This document shows positions 57,501-64,000 of a stretch of DNA of 64,000 nt, piece after piece. The stretch lies in IMG/VR virus record IMGVR_UViG_3300023180_006024, one strand, 5' to 3'. The position numbers and the translations under genes were made by a program. Source of the DNA: a virus. How positions within the stretch are numbered: the first letter of the stretch is position 1; each line of letters starts with the position of its first letter. The notes below the pieces were generated by a model. It saw nothing but the letters and a program-made list of their open reading frames with translations. It was not told the DNA's origin and searched no databases.

Positions 57501-57985
57501 ACCCTAATGCAGTGCAAGGAAGATATCCAAACGGAAATAGAGTGAGAAATAGTACAAGACACGACTGTATTACATTTAATGGAGAAAGCGGATATGCTCA
57601 TGCAGCAGATATTGATTTGTATCAGGGTAATACTATATTAGATGGTAGAAACTCTAGCCACCAAGCTATACTAAGAAGATTTTTACAAGTATGTGTTCAA
57701 CAAGGTGTAAAAGGGTTTGGTTGGGATTCTGGATCTCGTGGGCAATCTAGATATTATATGGGTCCGTGTAGATTCCATGTTGATCTTTATGGATTTTTGT
57801 CATATTGTCCTGGACCGTGGAGCACATCTAGAGGAAGAGCAAATCCTTCAGGCAGAGTAAGTGAAGGTCCTATTGCAGTATGGGGAGATAATATGAGGAC
57901 TGCACCTACTGCCTGCAGATGGGTAAGAAATGGAAACATAATCAGTCAAAGATATGATTGGTTCCCAAGAGCAGTTTTAAGTTAA
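54548..57985 (+). CDS. Baseplate central spike (gp5/VgrG-like) with tail lysozyme and M15-like peptidase domains
   Basis: OB-fold SYGMWFVPPDVGSKVLV; RTRTGHQILL beta-helix start; lysozyme-like AAGIVGNIRVES...GIVQWRGDR; C-terminal STRH...HAADID...FHVD. Confidence 0.8.
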   Translation: MRSQERRSARSSDRSYNTGPFIGRIVSHLDQKFMGALQVQILNYNDTGDDYQASNEVITCFYAPPFYGATPSTGLQGGTTYAESTQSYGMWFVPPDVGSKVLVMLIEGRRDFGYWFACVPEEFMNFMIPDGRASTLNTTANADLQSEIPEMVAAAEGLKVPVGEYNRATIDPAGETQPTNYPKPRNDLFIERLTEQGLLADDIRGTTSTSARREVPSMVFGVSTPGPMDKRPNAPTTNIGTVQNEINVPSSRLGGSSIVMDDGDDKFVRVGPADSTPSEYIDREYGSTTEGDVTIPANELIRMRTRTGHQILLHNSEDLIYIGNARGTSWIEMTSNGKIDIYANDSISVHSENDLNFSADRDINFECRNMNMVIGGTYKNSTSKSHSTTSGEFFAVKAGDSITHDAGTFISDTAQSGISHSANSGSIGITESGEICIDSDRNINVNSADNFNLTTGLNFNLKSTGGIFLTSTEADLHLFSQQRMNINTNAVMNLRSESTMNLHTKSNMNTQVDGKHKSTADLGFEFFTPIAYNVWAEGNMNLKVDGDILSYSNGNTYIKSNNYINLQSTNDINVKSSQAIRINPTGALSLYSGNNTVYIDGTTDVRINEGGSTAANTADTARQAEEVTVFAPEAYFASEATQCATLPPVNPFEADLLARKPMHEPWAQHENLNPLLYTPERTEAGQPSEDSFKTPIADTFINIGKDRGTADTTVSTTTNRAIEPLDEGGDIGDDVDLDLVGLSDNVEFAFNYLKQQLNLTDAQAAGIVGNIRVESYPEIRPQAYNGAGGGLGARGIVQWRGDRIRKFRERYNKDILEASLQEQLDYLIWEITDPTSPEAWAKTLERLRETRTPAEAARSFEATFERSGGHNLTTRVRYAEEVYLAAQDAFELVERTEPGSPPHPDVRIERGEVVPEGESDVETNPNAESRSLSGDAGDIVIQQNRACSRRFDISPQLERILRRAAAAAGITKIYISSAGQAPKGHPNAVQGRYPNGNRVRNSTRHDCITFNGESGYAHAADIDLYQGNTILDGRNSSHQAILRRFLQVCVQQGVKGFGWDSGSRGQSRYYMGPCRFHVDLYGFLSYCPGPWSTSRGRANPSGRVSEGPIAVWGDNMRTAPTACRWVRNGNIISQRYDWFPRAVLS

Positions 57986-57995
57986 GGAAGAATAC

Positions 57996-59066
57996 ATGGC
58001 ACAAGACGATTCATTGATAACTGTTGTTGCTAATGCAGTAGATGATGTTGGTCAAACAACTAATGACTTTACGGTGAGAGCAAGAAATGCTATACAAAAC
58101 GCAGATACAGTTTTTAATACTTTTGCAGAAAATATCGGAATAGAACTTGGATTATCACAAGTAGTAGAAAATCTAAGAGCTGCTGCATTACCAGATTCTC
58201 CTGTATCTGCTTTTGAAAACTGTATCAATGTATTTGATAGAATAGAAGGACCAAGAATCAAAGAAGGACTTCCTACTGCTAGTGATTTTGATGAAAACAT
58301 AAGTGGATTTGAAATCTTAGAAAAAAATCTACAAAAAGCTCTTGCATCAAACTGGAGGGTAAATGGAAAAAATAAGAACATTTTAGATGCATTTGTGTTA
58401 AGTGGTTATGATTACAGCAAAGATGGATATAAAGCAGAATACAACTGGAATGTTGCATTTATAAATTATATATTAAGCAGGAGTGGCTTTCGTTATTTAA
58501 AAACCTGTCAAGTTACACCGTATGAAAACTATGGTAGATCTATACCATTTACTAAGTTTGACAAAGTTAGAAAAAATGATATTTTGGTGTTTAAAAGTGT
58601 TGATTATAAACAAGTTTTAGGTTTTGTTCAGTCATATGATCCTGCTACAAAAACATGCAGTGCTATTGTAGGTAACGCAAACAGAGATGTAAAACTTGTT
58701 AGAAATATTCCAGTTTCTGCAACCAATCCTAAACTAAAACTAGTAACGATTAGGAGAAACTGGGATATACCTGAAGCATTTGACAAACCTTTGTACAACT
58801 TTAAAAGTCCTAATAATCCAAATAATGCGCAAGATCAGTTTTCTGCAGGATTACAATCTTTAGCAGATGTAGCAAAAGATCTTCCTATACCTTTAGATTT
58901 TGGAGTAGAAACAGTAAGAAACTTAACCGAAACAGTAAACACACTTGCACCTGGCGTTGTATCTGCGGTAGAGCAAGCAACAAAACAGTTGAATAATAGT
59001 CAAATAGCAAGTGATGTAACAGCAGTAAGTAATAGTTTGAGAAACAAGTTAAGTTCACTACAATAG
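57996..59066 (+). CDS. TIGR02594/CHAP-like protein, apparently catalytically degenerate
   Basis: WNVAFINYILSRSG...DILVF...QVLGFV...VGN matches the layout WCAAFVNW...GDIVVF...GHVGF...GGNQ. Confidence 0.5.
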   Translation: MAQDDSLITVVANAVDDVGQTTNDFTVRARNAIQNADTVFNTFAENIGIELGLSQVVENLRAAALPDSPVSAFENCINVFDRIEGPRIKEGLPTASDFDENISGFEILEKNLQKALASNWRVNGKNKNILDAFVLSGYDYSKDGYKAEYNWNVAFINYILSRSGFRYLKTCQVTPYENYGRSIPFTKFDKVRKNDILVFKSVDYKQVLGFVQSYDPATKTCSAIVGNANRDVKLVRNIPVSATNPKLKLVTIRRNWDIPEAFDKPLYNFKSPNNPNNAQDQFSAGLQSLADVAKDLPIPLDFGVETVRNLTETVNTLAPGVVSAVEQATKQLNNSQIASDVTAVSNSLRNKLSSLQ

Positions 59067-59081
59067 GAAAATAAATACGTT

Positions 59082-59525
59082 ATGAGCACTTTAGAAAAAA
59101 ATCTTTATAAAAATCTACAGATTAACAATCCTAGATACAAAAATAATCCTATTGTAAATAGGAGCTATAGAGGCTTGAGTACAGTTGATCCAAACTCAAA
59201 AGATTTTGTTTTAAATGATATTGCTTTAATCAAACAAGATATTGTTAATCATTTTCATATACGTTTAGGAGAAAAGTTAGAACAGCCGGAGTTTGGAACT
59301 ATTATTTGGGATGTTATATTTGAACCGTTGACAGATGCTTTAAAAAGTGCTATTGTTAAAAATGTAACCAATATTATAAACTACGATCCTCGTGTATCAG
59401 CAAACAACATAACAGTTGATAGCTTTGAATACGGTATACAGATTTATGCAGAACTAACATTTGTTGACTATAATATTAGCGAAAAACTTCGCTTTACTTT
59501 TGATTCAAGAAACAACATCTTTTAA
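59082..59525 (+). CDS. gp25: Baseplate wedge subunit (gp25-like)
   Basis: IKQDIVNHFHIRLGEKLEQPEFGTIIWDVIFEP...YDPRV. Confidence 0.9.
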   Translation: MSTLEKNLYKNLQINNPRYKNNPIVNRSYRGLSTVDPNSKDFVLNDIALIKQDIVNHFHIRLGEKLEQPEFGTIIWDVIFEPLTDALKSAIVKNVTNIINYDPRVSANNITVDSFEYGIQIYAELTFVDYNISEKLRFTFDSRNNIF

Positions 59526-59576
59526 TGTACGCATATTATAAAATGCATAAATATTGTATTAGCCGAGGATTGCAAA

Positions 59577-62500
59577 ATGTCATCAACTGATAGACAAAAT
59601 AGATTATTACTTGCCGAAGATTGGCAAAAAATATATCAGAGTTTCAAGTACGCAGATTTCAAAAGTTACGACTTTGAAAATCTTCGTAGAACTATGATCA
59701 ACTACATTAGACAAAACTATCCAGAAGATTTTAACGATTATATTGAATCAAGTGAGTATCTTGCATTGATTGATATGATTGCATTTCTTGGGCAAAATAT
59801 TAGTTTTAGAGTAGACCTTAATGCTAGAGAAAACTTTATAGAGCTTGCTGAACGCAGAGAAAGCGTTTTACGTATGGCAAGACTTTTAAGTTACAATGTA
59901 ACTAGAAATCAAGCAGCAAAGGGTCTTTTAAAGATTTCAAGTGTCAGCACCACTGAAAATATAACAGATAGCAACGGTACAAATCTAAGCGGTAAAACAG
60001 TAAAATGGAATGACACGGTTAACACTAACTGGTACGAACAGTTTATAAAAGTTGTAAATGCATCATTGAATACAATCAATAGATTTGGTACACCAAACAA
60101 ACTTGATAATGTTGCCGGCATACCCACAGAAAAATACAAAGTAAATGTTGCAAATGGTATTTTACCAATATTCACATTTAACTCAAGTGTGAATGGTGCA
60201 GACTTAGAGTTTGAAGTTGTAAGTGCAGACATACAAGATGGCTCTATTGTAGAAGAACCGCCATTACCAGGAAATACTTTTGGTATTCTATACAAAGATA
60301 ACGGACAAGGACCAGGAAGTACACAAAGTGGATTCTTTGTAAACTTTGTTCAAGGTAGTTTACAAAAAGGAGATTTTACAGTAAACTTGCCAACACCAAA
60401 TCAAACTATTGATATTAATATTACAAATGTAAACAATAATGATGTCTGGTTATATGGACTAAATGAAAGCAATGTAGAACAAGATTTATGGACAAAAGTT
60501 GAAGCAGTAGAAGGCAACAATATAATCTATAACAGTGTTTCTAAAGGTATTAGAAACATATTCAGTGTATTGACACGTAGCGAAGACAGAATAAGTCTAA
60601 TATTCAGTGATGGAACATTTGGAGAACTTCCAAAAGGCACATTTAGATCTTATTATCGTAGAAGTGCAAATAGAGATTTTGACATTTTACCTGCTGATAT
60701 AAAAAATGTTACTTTGCGTATTCCTTATACAAGTTCAAAAGGCAGAGTTGAAACAATGATCATTGTTGCAGATCTTGCTTCTCCTGTATACACAGCTACA
60801 AGCACAGAATCAACAGACAGTATTAAAACAAACGCACCAAGTACATATTATACACAAAACAGACTTATTACAGGTGAAGATTATAATGTAGGACCTTTAG
60901 GTGTAAGTCAAGAGATTATAAAAATTAAATCTATTAATAGAACCAGCAGCGGTATTAATAGATATTATGATTTGACTGACGCTACAGGAAAATATAGCAC
61001 AACAAATCTATTTGCTGATGATGGTATTCTTTATAAAGAAACTATTAACAAAGTTGATGCATTTGATTTTTTAACACGAACAGATATCGAAGCTATTATT
61101 AACAACAAAATAACAAGCATATTAGCTGATAATAATATTAGAAACTTTTATTTAAGCGAGTTTACTGAGCAAAACTACACTGAATTAAATCTAAAATGGA
61201 ATCAAGAAACATACGATTCTTCGTCTAGCTCTGGTTACATCACTGATGGAGATATAAACTTTGCAGTTTCAACCGCAACATCAGGGCCATTAAAATACGT
61301 AGAGCCTGGTGCATTGGTTAAGTTTACTCCGCCTGAAGGATATTATTTTGACAAAGATAATAAAATAGTGTTTGGCACTCCTGCTAACTTAGGAGACAAA
61401 ACAGAAATATGGACTAAAGTTATAAATGTTTACGATACAGGAACAAGTGTAACAGATGCAGGACTTGGAGGTATACTTTTAGATGATTTTGTGCCAACTG
61501 ATGCTGTTTTAAATAGTTTAAAAATTAAATATGTTAGAGATATTATTGATGATGTAAAAAATCAAATGATTGATCAAGTATTTTCTTATAAAACATTTGG
61601 ATTGCGTTACGATCTTGTTGACAGGCAATGGAAAGTAATCTTACAAGAAGATTTAAATGTTTTAGGAGATTTTAGTCTAGGTCTGGCAGGTGACGTTACT
61701 GGGCAAAAACTAGATTCTAGTTGGGTTGTCTTATTTGAAACTAACGGAGACACCTACAATATAACCTATCGTACAATAAGATATATTTTTGAAAGCAAAA
61801 GTCAAACAAGATTCTATTTTGATAATAACAAAAAAATCTATGATAGTAAAACAGGAAAGATCATAAGAGACAAAGTTTCTGTTTTAAATATCAACAGAGA
61901 TTTGTACAGTGAAGGAACAACATCTCCTTTTACAGTTGACTATGATTGGGCTATTAGCAGCGAGTTTAGAGACTTAAACGGTTATGTAGATAGTAAAAAA
62001 GTTGAAGTTATTTTCTTTGATAATGACGACGACGGTGTTGTAGACAATCCAGAAATATTTGAAAAGATTGTTACATTTGGAGATACAGATTATATCTTTT
62101 TGAAAAAAGTTGCCTATGCAGATAGCGAGTTTTACCAATATTGCGATGATGTTATTACTGTTGGTACTCCAGATGCAACAGTCGACGGTGTTTGGTACGA
62201 TGCAAATAATGATACTTTTTATTCTACAAATAGCAGTACAAGAAAAGTTACAGAACTCACTGGATATAAAGCGTTCAGAGGACGTGATAATCTAAAGTTC
62301 CAATATGTACATGCCAGTGATGAAAATGCACGTATAGATCCTAGCAGCAGTAATATTATAGATCTTTTTGTATTAACAAAAACATATGATACATTATTTA
62401 GACAATATTTGATTGGTAATGTGGCATCAATGCCATTGCCACAAAGCAGCGATAGTCTTTACAGAGATTACGGCGAATCAATCAATGCAATCAAAAGTAT

Positions 62501-62981
62501 CAGCGATGAAGTAATATACCATCCTGTAAAGTACAAAGTACTGTTTGGCGATAAGGCAGAAAATGCATTGAAAGCAACATTTAAAATAGTAAAATCAAAA
62601 GAGCGTGTTACAAATGATAATGATATTAAGTCAAGAGTTATTGAAGCAGTAAATCAATATTTTGCTTTAGAAAACTGGGACTTTGGAGAAACATTTTACT
62701 GGAGTGAACTTTCTGCATATATAATGAACAGTTTGTCACCTGATATTACCAGTATTGTTATTGTTCCTAATGATAGCACTAGTGCATTTGGTAGTTTATT
62801 TGAAGTAAACAGTGAAAGCGATGAGTTGTTTATTAGCGGCGCAACTGTGGCAGACGTTGAAATCATTACAGCAAATACAGCAGAAAAACTCAAATCTCAA
62901 GGAAATCTAGTAACAGATACTTCAAACACAACAGCTGGAATACAAAGCACCACTAATATAATAGTAGGTGGAGGATATTAA
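59577..62981 (+). CDS. gp6: Baseplate wedge subunit (gp6-like)
   Basis: DFENLR...DFNDY.ESS...LNARENFIELAERRESV..ARLLSY; FSDGTFG; ESTDSIKTNAP..Y.TQNRLITGEDY. Confidence 0.9.
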   Translation: MSSTDRQNRLLLAEDWQKIYQSFKYADFKSYDFENLRRTMINYIRQNYPEDFNDYIESSEYLALIDMIAFLGQNISFRVDLNARENFIELAERRESVLRMARLLSYNVTRNQAAKGLLKISSVSTTENITDSNGTNLSGKTVKWNDTVNTNWYEQFIKVVNASLNTINRFGTPNKLDNVAGIPTEKYKVNVANGILPIFTFNSSVNGADLEFEVVSADIQDGSIVEEPPLPGNTFGILYKDNGQGPGSTQSGFFVNFVQGSLQKGDFTVNLPTPNQTIDINITNVNNNDVWLYGLNESNVEQDLWTKVEAVEGNNIIYNSVSKGIRNIFSVLTRSEDRISLIFSDGTFGELPKGTFRSYYRRSANRDFDILPADIKNVTLRIPYTSSKGRVETMIIVADLASPVYTATSTESTDSIKTNAPSTYYTQNRLITGEDYNVGPLGVSQEIIKIKSINRTSSGINRYYDLTDATGKYSTTNLFADDGILYKETINKVDAFDFLTRTDIEAIINNKITSILADNNIRNFYLSEFTEQNYTELNLKWNQETYDSSSSSGYITDGDINFAVSTATSGPLKYVEPGALVKFTPPEGYYFDKDNKIVFGTPANLGDKTEIWTKVINVYDTGTSVTDAGLGGILLDDFVPTDAVLNSLKIKYVRDIIDDVKNQMIDQVFSYKTFGLRYDLVDRQWKVILQEDLNVLGDFSLGLAGDVTGQKLDSSWVVLFETNGDTYNITYRTIRYIFESKSQTRFYFDNNKKIYDSKTGKIIRDKVSVLNINRDLYSEGTTSPFTVDYDWAISSEFRDLNGYVDSKKVEVIFFDNDDDGVVDNPEIFEKIVTFGDTDYIFLKKVAYADSEFYQYCDDVITVGTPDATVDGVWYDANNDTFYSTNSSTRKVTELTGYKAFRGRDNLKFQYVHASDENARIDPSSSNIIDLFVLTKTYDTLFRQYLIGNVASMPLPQSSDSLYRDYGESINAIKSISDEVIYHPVKYKVLFGDKAENALKATFKIVKSKERVTNDNDIKSRVIEAVNQYFALENWDFGETFYWSELSAYIMNSLSPDITSIVIVPNDSTSAFGSLFEVNSESDELFISGATVADVEIITANTAEKLKSQGNLVTDTSNTTAGIQSTTNIIVGGGY

Positions 62982-64000
62982 TGGCATACGAAAAAAATCA
63001 AAACGAATCACCTATTCCTACAGACGAAAACTTTACAAGAACAGCTAGTGAGTTTCTTCCTAAGTATTTTAGAACTGATACAAACAAAAAGTTTCTACAA
63101 TCTAGTATAGATCAGATGATTAGTTCTGGAACACTTGAAAAACTGAATAGTTTTGCAGGTAGAAGATATGCAAGAGCAACAAAAGTTGATGATGCATTTT
63201 ATCCAGATGTAACAGAAACAAGAGAAAATTATCAGTTTGAAACAAGCACTGTTATTAAAGATACTTTAGATAATGTGACGTTTTTTGGTGATTATATTGA
63301 TTATTTAGGAGCCTTAAAGTACTATGGTGTGGATACAACAAATCATAATATTTTGAATAAGCAACAAAGTTATAGTTTAGATAGCCATATTGATTGGGAT
63401 AAGTTTACAAACTTTAGAGAATATTATTGGTTACCACTAGGGCCAAAACGTATAACAGTAGTTGGACAAAGTAAAAGCGTACAAAGTACATATAAGATTA
63501 CTACTAGTAATCAAGATGACAACACAACTTATGTGTTTACACCTAATGGATTTACTAATAATCCAACGATCACCCTTTACAAAGAACAAACATATCGTTT
63601 TGAAATCAATGCACCTGGGCACGGGTTTGCATTTACTTATAATAGAAATGTTGAAGATTTAAATCCTACAAATGAAATAGAACAAAATAATCTTTCAAGG
63701 ATATACACAAAAGGTATTAAAAAGTTTGTCTATGATAGCGAAGGAAAACTAGCAGAAACTGATTTAGATTACATTGAAAATGGTGTTATTGAATGGACTG
63801 TACCTGTAGATGTACCTGAAGATTTATATTACATAAGCGAAACAGATATTAATACAAGTGGTATTGTGTTAAGTAAAGATATCACAGAAAACAGCGAAAT
63901 CAATGTTGAAGAAGAAATACTAGGTAAAAAAACATACACAACAAGCAACGGTATTAAGTTGTCAAATGGTATGAAAGTTAGATTTGCCGGCAGTGTTACA
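62981..64000 (+). CDS. Large baseplate wedge protein (gp7-like), 3'-truncated by the window
   Basis: The ATG at 62981 overlaps the gp6 stop and follows GGAGG; frame begins MAYEKNQNESPIP...SEFLPKYFRTDTNKKFL. Absent from the ORF track, presumably because it runs off the window. Confidence 0.7.
   Translation, partial: MAYEKNQNESPIPTDENFTRTASEFLPKYFRTDTNKKFLQSSIDQMISSGTLEKLNSFAGRRYARATKVDDAFYPDVTETRENYQFETSTVIKDTLDNVTFFGDYIDYLGALKYYGVDTTNHNILNKQQSYSLDSHIDWDKFTNFREYYWLPLGPKRITVVGQSKSVQSTYKITTSNQDDNTTYVFTPNGFTNNPTITLYKEQTYRFEINAPGHGFAFTYNRNVEDLNPTNEIEQNNLSRIYTKGIKKFVYDSEGKLAETDLDYIENGVIEWTVPVDVPEDLYYISETDINTSGIVLSKDITENSEINVEEEILGKKTYTTSNGIKLSNGMKVRFAGSVT

Noticed and set aside
1-64000. Stop-codon reassignment, and host assignment to cyanobacteria based on the phycobiliprotein-like repeats
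   Set aside because: Genes are full length under the standard code, with TAA, TAG and TGA all used as stops. No photosynthesis or other host-diagnostic genes are in this window, so the host cannot be called.

Overview
This 64 kb, AT-rich window comes from a large T4-like (myovirus) bacteriophage and covers most of the virion morphogenesis region. Head genes: portal gp20, acidic core, protease gp21, scaffold gp22, capsid gp23. Tail and baseplate genes: gp15-like terminator, tape measure, gp26/gp51-like chaperone, and gp48/54-, gp53-, gp27-, gp5-, gp25-, gp6- and gp7-like proteins. It also holds two paralogous giant fibre proteins (3939 and 3099 aa), a gp38-like adhesin, the gp46/gp47 nuclease pair, a GIY-YIG nuclease, the late sigma factor gp55, a NUDIX hydrolase and a glycosyltransferase cluster. 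Two promoter classes recur: sigma70-like TTGAC-N17-TAnnnT and late TAAATA. Most notable: (1) 13 repeats in the two giant fibres resembling whole phycobiliprotein (globin-fold) subunits, each keeping the bilin-binding C-x-R-D motif; (2) a 2008-aa protein with 15 tandem degenerate GT-A-like units ahead of one intact glycosyltransferase domain; (3) two candidate structured ncRNAs, one right after the GIY-YIG gene and one with its own promoter and terminator after gp23; (4) a predicted -1 ribosomal frameshift in the gp26-like gene. All family assignments are by-eye motif recognition; no searches were run. No tRNA, rRNA or CRISPR array was seen.
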